From positions 1 to 60,175 of IMG/VR virus record IMGVR_UViG_3300044801_000195: DNA of 60,175 bases. One strand, given 5' to 3'. The notes under the pieces are model-generated. The model saw only the letters and a list, made by a program, of their open reading frames with translations, did no database searches and was not told where the DNA came from. The position numbers and the translations under genes were made by a program. Below are positions 8,876 to 18,417 of this stretch, in pieces (the stretch's first letter is position 1; each line of letters starts with the position of its first letter). The stretch comes from a virus (Duplodnaviria; Caudoviricetes).

Positions 8876-8905
8876 AGCGCTTACAACCGAGAGATACAAC
8901 CAGCC

Positions 8906-9157
8906 ATGACCGGTCAACTACCCGAACAATCCTGGGTGAGCATGAACGTCGAATGGTACGAATTCCAGCGGGGCTATCCCGTGAATCTTGAGGCGAAAGC
9001 CCACAGAATCCTAATGCGGCAACCAGGCTGGATAAGGGTTTCCGGGGGCCTGCTATTCGACATCCGTTGCACATGGTACAGCGGAGAGCGTCAGCGCTGG
9101 CATTGCATCGCGAAGTTCGACATCCGATGCACACCCGATGGCAAATGGGAGATTTGA
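8906..9157 (+). CDS. Hypothetical protein
   Basis: ORF in operon context. Confidence 0.5.
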   Translation: MTGQLPEQSWVSMNVEWYEFQRGYPVNLEAKAHRILMRQPGWIRVSGGLLFDIRCTWYSGERQRWHCIAKFDIRCTPDGKWEI

Positions 9158-9158
9158 G

Positions 9159-9506
9159 ATGGCGCAAACCCCCCACCTGGCACTTGGCCGCTTAAGAACG
9201 GGCGAGATGAATAAGACCGAGGCGGCTTATGCCGCCTATCTGGAGATGCAGCGCATTGGCGGAATGGTGGCTTGGTACAAATTCGAGAGCGTCAAGCTAC
9301 GCCTAGCCGATAAAACGTTCTATTCGCCGGATTTTGCGGTGATGCTCTCTTCAGGCGAACTCCAAATGCACGAAGTCAAAGGCTTTTGGCAGGATGATGC
9401 CCGCGTGAAGATCAAGGTGGCTGCGGAGCTTTATCCCTTCCAATTTATCGCGTTTCAGCCGCTACCCAAGAAGGCCGGCGGCGGCTGGAAGCAGGAGGAA
9501 TTCTGA
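9159..9506 (+). CDS. DUF1064-like PD-(D/E)xK endonuclease
   Basis: MNKTEAAYA...FYSPDF...HEVKGF...VKIKVAA. Confidence 0.8.
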   Translation: MAQTPHLALGRLRTGEMNKTEAAYAAYLEMQRIGGMVAWYKFESVKLRLADKTFYSPDFAVMLSSGELQMHEVKGFWQDDARVKIKVAAELYPFQFIAFQPLPKKAGGGWKQEEF

Positions 9507-9508
9507 GC

Positions 9509-9793
9509 ATGACCATCGCCAGTTCCAACAGCGCTCCCCCACGGCTCAAATTCGAGGTTCTCGCCACGATACGGCACATCGCCCAAAAAGACGGGTGGTA
9601 CTTCGAGATAATCCAGGATTCTGGGCACGAATTCCGTGCCGTGACTTATCGCAAGGAGAGTGCCGCGATTGTCGATGACGATGTGTTCGCCACCTTCGGC
9701 GAGGCGGCGGGCTGGCTTGAAGAACAGGCCGAACGAATAGCCGGTACAGGCGCGGTCCTGGCCATCAATCCGGGCAAGGCCGCGCGTCCATGA
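9509..9793 (+). CDS. Hypothetical protein
   Basis: Coupled ORF. Confidence 0.55.
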   Translation: MTIASSNSAPPRLKFEVLATIRHIAQKDGWYFEIIQDSGHEFRAVTYRKESAAIVDDDVFATFGEAAGWLEEQAERIAGTGAVLAINPGKAARP

Positions 9794-10002
9794 TCGAACG
9801 GGGCAAGCGCGGCGAAACCGTCTACCGGCGCGCCTACGAACTTGGCCGCTCTAGCGGAGCTATCGGACCAGGCTGTCAAGAAATCGCGATGGAAGGATTG
9901 CGGTCTGGGTTAACTACAAATGAAGTCTATCGTCATATCGGGCGCGGCATCCAAAGAGCCCGATTGACGAACGCAAGGTTACGAGTTATCAAAAAGAGCT
10001 GA
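9790..10002 (+). CDS. Hypothetical protein
   Basis: ATGA-coupled ORF. Confidence 0.5.
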   Translation: MIERGKRGETVYRRAYELGRSSGAIGPGCQEIAMEGLRSGLTTNEVYRHIGRGIQRARLTNARLRVIKKS

Positions 10003-10146
10003 CTTGCGTCATGCGTGAACGTATAACAGACTTGCATTACTGGAAACAGTATCGGAGTTTGTTCGGAAGGAGCCTGGATGACTGTTAGTGGTTGTCATCC
10101 AGGCGACTCCAAGCAGCAAGCAAACGGTACGCGCGAATAACCAGGA

Positions 10147-10356
10147 ATGGGCGGCATGAAGTCCGATCTCGTCGATATCCCCTGCATGATCGTTCGGGAA
10201 ACCGAAAAAGCTTATCTAATCGATGATGGTACAAAGCAGGTCTGGCTGCCTAAATCGCAGTGCGAAATCCAACAGGAGGGCATTATGGCGGATGGCTCCC
10301 CCGCATTAGTAGCGGTAATGTCAGAGCGTTTGGCCGCAGAAAAAGGACTGATATGA
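10147..10356 (+). CDS. Conserved small phage protein (ETEKAYLIDDG...WLPKSQ)
   Basis: Recurrent phage motif ET.KA...W.PKSQ. Confidence 0.75.
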   Translation: MGGMKSDLVDIPCMIVRETEKAYLIDDGTKQVWLPKSQCEIQQEGIMADGSPALVAVMSERLAAEKGLI

Positions 10357-10369
10357 GAAATCTAACTTC

Positions 10370-10618
10370 TTGCCATTTGCAGTTAATCGAGAAGAACTCG
10401 CGATGACTGTCAGATATACCGCGGCATGGTTCGATGACGACACTCCTTATCTACAAAGTAGGGATAAGCCCATCACGATTACCACTATCTCCATTTATCA
10501 GCCGGAAAAGTTAGCTTTCGATACTGGGCTTTTGGATCGCAATGGCTCGAAAATCTGGAGGATAGAGGAACATGACCCAATCGGGTTTCATCCGGTGAAA
10601 CGGCAAAACCCGTTCTAG
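10370..10618 (+). CDS. Hypothetical protein (DTGLLDRNG...PIGF)
   Basis: Motif typical of alphaproteobacterial phage small proteins; start uncertain. Confidence 0.55.
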   Translation: MPFAVNREELAMTVRYTAAWFDDDTPYLQSRDKPITITTISIYQPEKLAFDTGLLDRNGSKIWRIEEHDPIGFHPVKRQNPF

Positions 10619-10660
10619 CGGGATCGCAAGAGCTTAAACCCCATTCCAACAGGAAAACCC

Positions 10661-11119
10661 ATGGCAGGCTCGGTCAACAAAGTAATTCTCATCGGCAACT
10701 TGGGAGCTGACCCAGCGGTCCGGTATACCCAAGATGGCAAGCCCATCGCCAACATGCGGCTAGCGACATCGGAGAGCTGGAAGGACAAGCAATCTAGCGA
10801 GCGCCGGGAGAAGACGGAATGGCATAGCGTCGTCATCTTCAACGAACCGCTGGCCAAGATCGCCGAGCAATACCTGAAAAAGGGCTCGAAGGTCTACATA
10901 GAGGGCGCGCTGCAAACCCGGAAATGGCAGGATCAGGGCGGCAACGACCGCTACAGCACGGAAGTTGTGCTGCAGGCATTCAACGGCAAACTGGTGCTGC
11001 TTGGCGATGACAAAAACGGCGGCGGCAACGAAAGTGCGGGCGCCGCCGGAAAGGAACCGGCGTCGGACAAGCGGGCGAGTTCACCGCAAGAGCGGGTCGA
11101 CGACGCGGTTCCGTTCTGA
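10661..11119 (+). CDS. ssb: Single-stranded DNA-binding protein (host-like)
   Basis: [18 protein letters not shown]...EKTEWH...[22 protein letters not shown]...DDAVPF. Confidence 0.97.
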   Translation: MAGSVNKVILIGNLGADPAVRYTQDGKPIANMRLATSESWKDKQSSERREKTEWHSVVIFNEPLAKIAEQYLKKGSKVYIEGALQTRKWQDQGGNDRYSTEVVLQAFNGKLVLLGDDKNGGGNESAGAAGKEPASDKRASSPQERVDDAVPF

Positions 11120-11197
11120 GCGGAACGATAGGGCGTTCCCCGGCGAGGGGAGAAAATCTACGCGATCACGATGTCACGGCTGGTTAATAAGTAGTAA

Positions 11198-12310
11198 ATG
11201 AGTGCTTATTACAATGAGATCGATCCCTATGCCGCCCAATGGCTCCGAAATCTCATCGCTGCCAGGCTTATCGCTGCTGGAGATGTGGACGAGCGATCAA
11301 TCGTCGATGTTGCCGCCGGAGACCTTACCGGATACACGCAATGCCATTTCTTCGCGGGCATTGGGTGCTGGTCGGAAGCGCTCCACCTCGCGGGCTGGCC
11401 GGACGAGCTGCCCGTCTGGACCGGATCGTGTCCCTGTCAGCCGCTTTCGGTCGCGGGACAGCGGAAAGGCCATGCCGACGAACGACACCTCTGGCCCGCT
11501 TTTTACCGCCTCATCGCCGAGTGCCGGCCTACAGCGGTGTTTGGAGAACAGGTTGCGAGCAAGGATGGACGTGAATGGTTCGCTGGAATACGCGCTGACC
11601 TGGAAAGCGTGGCATATGCCTGCGGGGGTGCCGATTTGTGCTCTGCGGGCGTTGGGGCGCCGAACATCCGGCAGCGGCTTTATTGGGTGGCTTACGCCGA
11701 TGGCGGGTACGCCAGCTCAGAACGGCCACAACGAGGCCGGGAACACGGACAGCTCGCGCAAGACGGTTGCAATGCTCACGGGCTGGCCGACGCCGCAAGC
11801 ACGCGATCATTTCCCGGCTCATTCCGAGGAATATGTGGCGGAGAAGAAGGCGCAGGGGCATGGCATGGCGAACTTGAACGATGTCGCCCAGATGGCGTTC
11901 AAGGGCTGGCCCACGCCGGACACGAACAAGCGCGGCGGCCCCCAACAGCCGGAGAAGCGGAAAGCGGGCGGTCATTCGGTGACGCTGCAGGATGCGGCGG
12001 AGACGTTGCGGGGCTGGGCGACGCCTCGGGCGCGGGATCACAAAGGCAATGGCGTGAGTATCGCCCGTGCGGCGAAAGGCATCGCGGACTCGTTGGATAC
12101 GCAATGCAAACTGGTGTGCCGCAATGGAATGGACCAACCGTCGCCATTAGATGCGCGGATGGCGCACGGCGGGTATCGGCTCAACCCGATGCATTCCCTC
12201 TGGCTCATGGGGTTAAGGCCAGAATGGGATGCCTGCGCGCCTACGGCAACGCCATCAATCCGATCCTCGCGGCGGAGTTCATCAAAGCCGCGCAAGAGTG
12301 CGGACCCTGA
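11198..12310 (+). CDS. C5 cytosine DNA methyltransferase, catalytic polypeptide
   Basis: AYYNEIDP, FFAGIG (I), GSCPCQP (IV), EQV (VI), RQRLYWV (VIII), LRAYGNAI (X). Confidence 0.92.
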   Translation: MSAYYNEIDPYAAQWLRNLIAARLIAAGDVDERSIVDVAAGDLTGYTQCHFFAGIGCWSEALHLAGWPDELPVWTGSCPCQPLSVAGQRKGHADERHLWPAFYRLIAECRPTAVFGEQVASKDGREWFAGIRADLESVAYACGGADLCSAGVGAPNIRQRLYWVAYADGGYASSERPQRGREHGQLAQDGCNAHGLADAASTRSFPGSFRGICGGEEGAGAWHGELERCRPDGVQGLAHAGHEQARRPPTAGEAESGRSFGDAAGCGGDVAGLGDASGAGSQRQWREYRPCGERHRGLVGYAMQTGVPQWNGPTVAIRCADGARRVSAQPDAFPLAHGVKARMGCLRAYGNAINPILAAEFIKAAQECGP

Positions 12311-12344
12311 CAACCAACATCAACTAGAAGGAGAGCAGTCCTAA
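11202..12344 (+). CDS. Overlapping +1-frame polypeptide of the methyltransferase (WxTP repeats plus motif IX-like segment); true start may be internal
   Basis: Open for 380 codons; GWLTP, GWPTP, GWPTP, GWATP; RLNPMHSLWLMGL; its TAA is coupled to the next ATG at 12344. Confidence 0.75.
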   Translation: MLITMRSIPMPPNGSEISSLPGLSLLEMWTSDQSSMLPPETLPDTRNAISSRALGAGRKRSTSRAGRTSCPSGPDRVPVSRFRSRDSGKAMPTNDTSGPLFTASSPSAGLQRCLENRLRARMDVNGSLEYALTWKAWHMPAGVPICALRALGRRTSGSGFIGWLTPMAGTPAQNGHNEAGNTDSSRKTVAMLTGWPTPQARDHFPAHSEEYVAEKKAQGHGMANLNDVAQMAFKGWPTPDTNKRGGPQQPEKRKAGGHSVTLQDAAETLRGWATPRARDHKGNGVSIARAAKGIADSLDTQCKLVCRNGMDQPSPLDARMAHGGYRLNPMHSLWLMGLRPEWDACAPTATPSIRSSRRSSSKPRKSADPDNQHQLEGEQS

Positions 12345-12682
12345 TGCCACGGCCTTTCGAACATACGCTCATGGAGATGCGCAACGGGCGCGTCGCCGAG
12401 CAGCTTACCGATGCATGGGGCGACCTTATCGCCGCCGTCCAGTGCACCGGCAAACCCGGCAGCATGACCGTCGTTTTTTCGGTCAAGCCATCCGGCGACA
12501 ACGGCATGGAGATCGTCACCAAGGTCACGGCCAAGGAACCCAAGCCCGAAACCGGCGCCAGTTTTTTCTATGTGGACCTAGAGGGCAATCTCACGCGGGC
12601 TGACACCCGGCAGCGCGATATATTCGAAACGGTCGCGGGCGGCATCCCCGACCGGGTAAAAGTCCAGCACAGCAATTCTTAA
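12344..12682 (+). CDS. YfdP-like conserved prophage protein (partner of DUF2303)
   Basis: AVQCTGKPGS...FFYVDLEGNLTRAD..Q; adjacent to DUF2303. Confidence 0.75.
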   Translation: MPRPFEHTLMEMRNGRVAEQLTDAWGDLIAAVQCTGKPGSMTVVFSVKPSGDNGMEIVTKVTAKEPKPETGASFFYVDLEGNLTRADTRQRDIFETVAGGIPDRVKVQHSNS

Positions 12683-12705
12683 ACCGCGGCCCTTGGAGAA
12701 AAATC

Positions 12706-13524
12706 GTGACCGGACAATCAGCAGAAACAGTCGCCTTGATCGAGCGCGCAATTCGCTTAGGCGCCCAGCTTACCGAGGCCAAGCAGAAACCCGACGGCTC
12801 TGGATTCGTCGTCGTGGCGCCGCAAGACATGCGCGTCCACGAGTTTGCAAACCCCGAATTCCTGGGAAACCATGTGAAGCAGCAGCTTTCCATCGAACAC
12901 CCGGACGATTTTATCGCCTACCTCCTGACCCATAGGGATAAGGCCGGCCAGACCGTCGTCTTCGCCGATCAGGGCAACCTGCGGCTTATCGGCGTGCTGA
13001 ACTATCATAGGCCGGATGCGCCAAGTTACGCCGATCATCGGGCAATTTTTCCTATGCAGTTCGATCCGACCTATGCGGCCTGGCGCCAATGCAACGGAAA
13101 TTGGATGGAACAAGTCGAGTTCGCCCGCTTCCTCGAAGAGCACGCGCAAGACGTTATCTCGCCCGCCGCGGCCACGATTATTGAGATCGCCTCCTCTCTT
13201 GAGGTCAAGACTGAGGTCGATTTCAAGAAAGCGATCAACCTGCAGAACGGGGCGGTCCAGCTTCAATTCGTCGAGCGCAACGCGGAACGCACGTCTGGCA
13301 ACTTTGAAGTACCGAAGCAGTTAGTAATTGAAACGCCCATTTATTTCGGTGGAGAACTAGTTCAAATCTTCATGTTTTTCCGGTATTCGGCGAAGGGAGG
13401 AACACTTAAATTCAAGCTCGACTTGCACCGATGGCAATACAATGAGCGCGATGCGTTCTTGAATATTTCGTCTCGGATCGGAAAAGAGTGCGCTGTTCCG
13501 GTTTACCTTGGCAGAATGAACTAA
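12706..13524 (+). CDS. DUF2303 / YfdQ family protein
   Basis: LNYH...DHRA...W...MEQVEFARFLEE...NLQNGAVQ...VYLG. Confidence 0.85.
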   Translation: MTGQSAETVALIERAIRLGAQLTEAKQKPDGSGFVVVAPQDMRVHEFANPEFLGNHVKQQLSIEHPDDFIAYLLTHRDKAGQTVVFADQGNLRLIGVLNYHRPDAPSYADHRAIFPMQFDPTYAAWRQCNGNWMEQVEFARFLEEHAQDVISPAAATIIEIASSLEVKTEVDFKKAINLQNGAVQLQFVERNAERTSGNFEVPKQLVIETPIYFGGELVQIFMFFRYSAKGGTLKFKLDLHRWQYNERDAFLNISSRIGKECAVPVYLGRMN

Positions 13525-13593
13525 CCGGGAACGCGCGCAAGCCCCGGCCTAACCGCTGGGGCTTGCGCACCCAAGGCGAACGGAGAAACAGCC

Positions 13594-14025
13594 ATGACCG
13601 AAACGGTCGATCCAATCGAAGAAGCGATGGCGCGGGCGGCGTGCTGGACCGAAAGTGTGGACCCCGATGAGACTGTTCGCCTCGGTCCAAGCGGCCAGAT
13701 TTCACCGCTGCCATTTGGGCTGCCCGTGGACTTCGGTGTCCCGCGCTGGCATGCTCATCTAGCGGAGGCGCGGAAAGTGCGCGCGATGATCGGGGCGATG
13801 CGGGCAACCGCAACGGCCGGCGAGAATGTCGATGCTCTCGCGGTAAGGGAATCCATCGTTGCCATGATCCGAAAGCGGCAAGATTGCTATGTCCGAAAAC
13901 TTGGCGAGCTGAATGTGCCCGGCCCATATAGAGCCCAGCATGTTACCGTTGTACGCGAGCTGCAGCACATCATCGATCTTATCGGACCTCAGGCTGAAGA
14001 GAAGGAGCCCGCAGCTCATGGCTAA
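13594..14025 (+). CDS. Hypothetical protein
   Basis: GGAG RBS; ORF in operon. Confidence 0.55.
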   Translation: MTETVDPIEEAMARAACWTESVDPDETVRLGPSGQISPLPFGLPVDFGVPRWHAHLAEARKVRAMIGAMRATATAGENVDALAVRESIVAMIRKRQDCYVRKLGELNVPGPYRAQHVTVVRELQHIIDLIGPQAEEKEPAAHG

Positions 14026-14632
14026 ACGCCGCCGCAAACGCAACCAGCATAACGACCCCGCGCTGACCCACTCTCAGCTGCAAATGCTGATTCCCGGCGG
14101 CTCCGTCAACAAGCACCGCGCCCGCCGCGACGAAATCGAAATCGAAACCCGCGCCGCGACGGAGGGCGGAACCGCGATGATCGCGGGCGAGTACATCTCC
14201 ACCGCGGTCCGGAAATTGATGGCGCGCGGCGCGGTAACTCTCGAAGAGCATACCGCCGTGCAAAATTTTATCCGGGACCGCGATTTGGCTTATGCCTCTA
14301 GCACAAATGCGCTGGCCGCGATCCAAGTGGATTGCAATGGCGACGGCACGGGCGGCATGGAACGCAAGGTCCATCATTCCCTGCGGTTCGAGCACGCCCG
14401 CGCCTGGCTGCATTCCCAGATGTTCCGCGTTGCCCAAGCCGGCATCCTCGACGATGGCGACGCCGACATCGGCCGCGGTTTCACCGCCATCGGGGCCGAC
14501 ATGCTGCCGGGATATTCGAAGCAGGAACAGCTCGCCGCGGGACAAGGGTGCCTCGTTATGGTAATCCGGGAATTGGCCGTGATCTACGGCGCGCGGAACC
14601 CTGACCGGTCCAGGATCGTGGTGAATGACTGA
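14018..14632 (+). CDS. Hypothetical protein, possible late-transcription regulator (DUF6456-like position)
   Basis: AAGGAG RBS; last early-right gene before the packaging module; LAVIYG C-terminus. Confidence 0.55.
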   Translation: MAKRRRKRNQHNDPALTHSQLQMLIPGGSVNKHRARRDEIEIETRAATEGGTAMIAGEYISTAVRKLMARGAVTLEEHTAVQNFIRDRDLAYASSTNALAAIQVDCNGDGTGGMERKVHHSLRFEHARAWLHSQMFRVAQAGILDDGDADIGRGFTAIGADMLPGYSKQEQLAAGQGCLVMVIRELAVIYGARNPDRSRIVVND

Positions 14633-14652
14633 ACGAGGGAACTTGCGCTAGA

Positions 14653-14862
14653 TTATGTGCCCGTGGGTGCCGAGGCGCTGTCGCGGGCGGCGATCCTGAC
14701 TTTCAGCCAGGTGTCGATTTCCTCTTCCAGCCAGCAAATAGTAGTTGTGCCCAACGGCACCTTTTTCGGAAATGCGCCGGTTTCAATCAGCCGGTCCAGG
14801 TGCTGGCGACTATAATAAATCCCCTTCTGGTCGCGGAGGTCGCGATATCGAAGAATGCGCAT
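14653..14862 (-). CDS. AlpA-family transcriptional regulator
   Basis: LIETGAFPKKVPLG...WLEEEIDTW. Confidence 0.92.
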   Translation of the reverse strand: MRILRYRDLRDQKGIYYSRQHLDRLIETGAFPKKVPLGTTTICWLEEEIDTWLKVRIAARDSASAPTGT

Positions 14863-14873
14863 GACAAACCTCG

Positions 14874-15080
14874 TTAGTTGTTGCGGGCGGCGATTCGCGC
14901 TTCCTGCCAGGCGTCAATCTCTTCCTCTAGCCAGGCACTCGTATTTTTGCCCAGTTTGACGGGCGGCGGAAATTCACCAACGGCGATAAGGCGGTAGGTG
15001 TGAGCTTTCGAAAACGGGTGTCCAAGGGATTTCAGATCCCGAAATCGGTACATGCGTTTGGGCATTTCAGGCAACTCCAT
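14874..15080 (-). CDS. AlpA-family transcriptional regulator (second, tandem)
   Basis: YRLIAVGEFPPPVKLGKNTSAWLEEEIDAW. Confidence 0.92.
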   Translation of the reverse strand: MELPEMPKRMYRFRDLKSLGHPFSKAHTYRLIAVGEFPPPVKLGKNTSAWLEEEIDAWQEARIAARNN

Positions 15081-15214
15081 GCTGTCTTAATGTGGCCCAC
15101 GCTGGCACGAGTCGTTGCCTGAGAACACAGAGATTAATTTGCCGCCAACTTTTCTTCACAGCTCTTTTTATGCGCCAGCCACGATTTCGCAGCTTTTTTA
15201 TTCGAAGGAGACCC

Positions 15215-15739
15215 ATGGAAAACCGTCAATGCGGAGATTGCCAGCTCTGCTGCAAGCTATTGCCGGTAAGGGAACTTGGCAAGAAGGCCAATACCCGCTG
15301 CCGCTACCAGCGTCATGGCAAGGGATGCAAGGTCTATGGGCGCCGGCCGCATTCTTGCCGGCTTTGGAATTGCCGCTGGCTTGGCGGCGACGTGCCCGCC
15401 GGTATTCGCCGCCCCGACCGCGCCGGTTATGTCATCGATGTCATGCCCGACTTCATTGAGTTTAAAAATGAAGAAGGATTGATGCGGTTTCCTATTATTC
15501 AGATCTGGGTCGATCCGCTGCATTCCCTTGCCTACCGCGACCATAGGCTGCTGGCTTATCTCGAAAAGCAGTGGGAAATTGGCGTCTTGGGCCTGGTGCG
15601 GTTCGATTCCCGCGCCGCCATTGTCATGATCCCGCCGGCCTGGTCTGGTGAACCTGACTGGATCGAAAGGGGCGGCACCACCGGTACGGTAGAGCATTCG
15701 ACCGAGCAAATTTTGGGTGCCATCGCGGCGGCGAACTAA
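15215..15739 (+). CDS. YkgJ-like cysteine-cluster (Zn/Fe-chelating) protein
   Basis: CGDCQLCCK...C...GCKVYGRRPHSCR...C.W; AAGGAG RBS. Confidence 0.8.
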   Translation: MENRQCGDCQLCCKLLPVRELGKKANTRCRYQRHGKGCKVYGRRPHSCRLWNCRWLGGDVPAGIRRPDRAGYVIDVMPDFIEFKNEEGLMRFPIIQIWVDPLHSLAYRDHRLLAYLEKQWEIGVLGLVRFDSRAAIVMIPPAWSGEPDWIERGGTTGTVEHSTEQILGAIAAAN

Positions 15740-15751
15740 AATTTCACCCTC

Positions 15752-15781
15752 TTGACAAACATATGCGTTTGTGTCCTAAAT
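15752..15781 (+). promoter_or_regulatory. Putative late promoter (perfect -35 TTGACA, weak -10)
   Basis: TTGACA at 15752-57 upstream of the packaging and structural operon. Confidence 0.4.
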
Positions 15782-15875
15782 TTCGTCAGTCTCAAGAATT
15801 GTGCGCGGAACCACCTCCCCACACTTCCCTTTCCCGCCCTTCCCGCCTTTGACCGCCCCGACGGAGACCGTAGCC

Positions 15876-16271
15876 ATGGCCACCACAGTGCTCAATAGCC
15901 TGCTCAATTCGCTTGCCTCTTCGCTGCCCGCCGCCCTCAGCAATGTGCTGAGCACCAGCGGCCAGGCGTCGGCGCAGATCGAGCAATATGTCGCCCAGAT
16001 CGAGGGCGCCATCGACAATCCGGCAATGGTGGCGCTGTTCGCGCACGACATCATGTCGACGCCTTCGGTTCCGCCGGCCGCGGCTTTCATCGCCGCGAAG
16101 ATCATGACGCTTTCGCAAAATCCGGCGACCTATAATCCCACGCTCGTGATGTCGCTATGCCAGGCCATTCTGTCCACGATGGCGCAGCAGAATTCGAGCA
16201 TTCTGGGCGGCCTCGCCGGGTTTGCCGGCACGCTGACCGGTACGACCACGACGACCACGACGCTCGGCTGA
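15876..16271 (+). CDS. Hypothetical protein with poly-Thr tail
   Basis: GGAG RBS before MATTVLNSLL. Confidence 0.65.
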   Translation: MATTVLNSLLNSLASSLPAALSNVLSTSGQASAQIEQYVAQIEGAIDNPAMVALFAHDIMSTPSVPPAAAFIAAKIMTLSQNPATYNPTLVMSLCQAILSTMAQQNSSILGGLAGFAGTLTGTTTTTTTLG

Positions 16272-16325
16272 TAGCGGCGGCGGACCCGATGCAAGGCGCG
16301 GCCATGAGCCGCGCCAATTTATTTC

Positions 16326-16877
16326 ATGAAATCCCCAAACAAGGCCGTAAAGCCGAAACGGAAGCGCGTTTTTTATAGCCGCGCGCTTGCCATCGAAATC
16401 TGCGACCGGCTCGCGAACGGCGAGACGCTGCGCCAGATTGAACGCGCCGAAGGAATGCCGAACCGGGTCGCGATCATCGCCTGGTCGAACCGCGACGTTG
16501 ACGGTTTCGCGGAACGTTACGGCCGTGCCCGCAATGTCTGGCTCGATCTTCTCGCCGATGAACTCATCGATATCGCCGACGACGGTACGAACGACTGGGT
16601 AGAGCGAGAGACCGGCGATGGCACCAAAACCGTATTCGACAACGAACACGTCAGGCGTTCCCATATACGCATCGATACGCGGAAATGGATTCTCTCAAAA
16701 CTGCGGCCTGGGAAGTATGGCGACAAGCTTGCGCTCGATCATAAATTGGAGCCCGTCGATGTCAAGCACGCTCACACCGTAAAACTCGAAGACCTGAAGT
16801 CTATGTCGATTGATGAACTTGCGCAATTCTATCGAGAGAAGGCTGCTGCGGCTGGAGGAGATCAACCGGAATCCTGA
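16326..16877 (+). CDS. terS: Terminase small subunit
   Basis: EICDRLANGETLRQI...ADELIDIADD...RIDTRKWILSKLRPGKYGDK. Confidence 0.93.
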   Translation: MKSPNKAVKPKRKRVFYSRALAIEICDRLANGETLRQIERAEGMPNRVAIIAWSNRDVDGFAERYGRARNVWLDLLADELIDIADDGTNDWVERETGDGTKTVFDNEHVRRSHIRIDTRKWILSKLRPGKYGDKLALDHKLEPVDVKHAHTVKLEDLKSMSIDELAQFYREKAAAAGGDQPES

Positions 16878-18417
16878 GCTCATCCCGATCGAGCTTGAGA
16901 TTTGCCGCCGGGACATTCTACATTGGTTCAAGTGGTGGGTCTGGACCTACGATCCCAGGCGCGCCGCTTATGGCGAGATTACCTGGCTTCCCTTCGATCT
17001 TTACCCGAAGCAGATCGAACTTATCCAATGGTTCGGCGACCGGCTGAAGGCGCGCGAAGAAGGGCTTGTCGAAAAGAGCCGGGAGATCGGGTTTACCTGG
17101 CTCGCTGGCGGGTTTGCCGCCCATCGCTGGAGGTTTACGCGAGGCTTTAAGACTACTTTTGGGTCGCGCATCGTCGATTATGTCGATAAGGCAGGCAGTC
17201 CGGATTGCATCCTCGAAAAAGTCCGGATGCTCATCCTCGGACTGCCGCGATGGATGCTTCCAGCGGGTTTCAACCGTCGCGCGCATTTCAATTATTGCCG
17301 CCTGATCAATCCGGAAAACGGTAGCATCATCGGCGGAGAAGGTGGCGATCAGATGGGCCGCGGCGGCCGGTCCACGATGTATTTCATCGACGAAGCCGCT
17401 TTTATCGAGCACGCCGAAACCGTGGCAGCCTCCACATCGGGAAACACCGATGTCCGCATCTGGGGTTCGACGGTCAACGGCCCTGGTAATTTCTTCGCGC
17501 GGAAACGGTTCGGCGGTAGCTTGCGGCCAAACCAGCTCTTCCGGTTCCATTATTCCGACAACCCATCGATGACGCCGGAGCGGATCGAAGAGAAGAAGTT
17601 AAAATTGGAGCCTTATCAGTGGGCCTCTGAATATGAAATCGATTACTCCGCCTCGGTCGAAGGGATCTGCATCCCGGCCAAATGGGTCGAGGCCGCCAAG
17701 AAAATCGGCAAGCTGGTCAAGGCCGAGCCTAGTGTCGAGGGTATCGCTGGCGGCGACGTGGGCGGCGGCGGCAAGGCAAAATCGGTCGTTGTGCCGCGCT
17801 TCGGCCCTATCGTCATGCTGCCCCGGTCCTGGAAAGATGGCGACACCAATGAAACCGCTTACCGGATGCTGGACGCCTGCTGCGAAATCACCGCGATGCG
17901 CTCCGATGGCACGGTCTGCAAAATCCGGTCGCTCCGTTACGACGCTCCCGGCGTTGGCCTTGGCGTGCAATCGACGCTCAACCACACCCACCGGCCCGGC
18001 CTGTCGGTTACGGGCGTGAATACCGGTGTCGCTCCCACCGATATGGATTGGCCGGATGGAGAGACCTCGGCTGAGAAATTTCTGAACCTCAAGGCCGAAG
18101 GCTGGGCGCTCTGCCGGGAACGCATCAAGGCGTCATACGAAAAACTGCTCTTTCTCGAAGGCAAAGAGGGCGGCATCGATCATCCCGTCAGCGATCTGTT
18201 GATCCTGCCCGACGACAGCGAAGGCCCCGACGCGACGCTATTGGCCAGCCAGCTCAGCATCGTCAAATGGTCGCGCAACGAAAAGGGCAAGTATATGATC
18301 GAGCCCAAACAGAAACTCGCCTCGCGTGGCATTGCCTCCCCCGATCATGCCGACGCCTTGGTGCTGACTTTTACCGGTTATTCCGCCGTTGAAATCTGGA
18401 TGAAGTTGGCGGGGTAA
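16810..18417 (+). CDS. terL: Terminase large subunit
   Basis: VEKSREIGFTW, GRGGR...FIDEAAF, GSTVNG, GGDVGGGG, SPDHADAL. Confidence 0.95.
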   Translation: MMNLRNSIERRLLRLEEINRNPELIPIELEICRRDILHWFKWWVWTYDPRRAAYGEITWLPFDLYPKQIELIQWFGDRLKAREEGLVEKSREIGFTWLAGGFAAHRWRFTRGFKTTFGSRIVDYVDKAGSPDCILEKVRMLILGLPRWMLPAGFNRRAHFNYCRLINPENGSIIGGEGGDQMGRGGRSTMYFIDEAAFIEHAETVAASTSGNTDVRIWGSTVNGPGNFFARKRFGGSLRPNQLFRFHYSDNPSMTPERIEEKKLKLEPYQWASEYEIDYSASVEGICIPAKWVEAAKKIGKLVKAEPSVEGIAGGDVGGGGKAKSVVVPRFGPIVMLPRSWKDGDTNETAYRMLDACCEITAMRSDGTVCKIRSLRYDAPGVGLGVQSTLNHTHRPGLSVTGVNTGVAPTDMDWPDGETSAEKFLNLKAEGWALCRERIKASYEKLLFLEGKEGGIDHPVSDLLILPDDSEGPDATLLASQLSIVKWSRNEKGKYMIEPKQKLASRGIASPDHADALVLTFTGYSAVEIWMKLAG

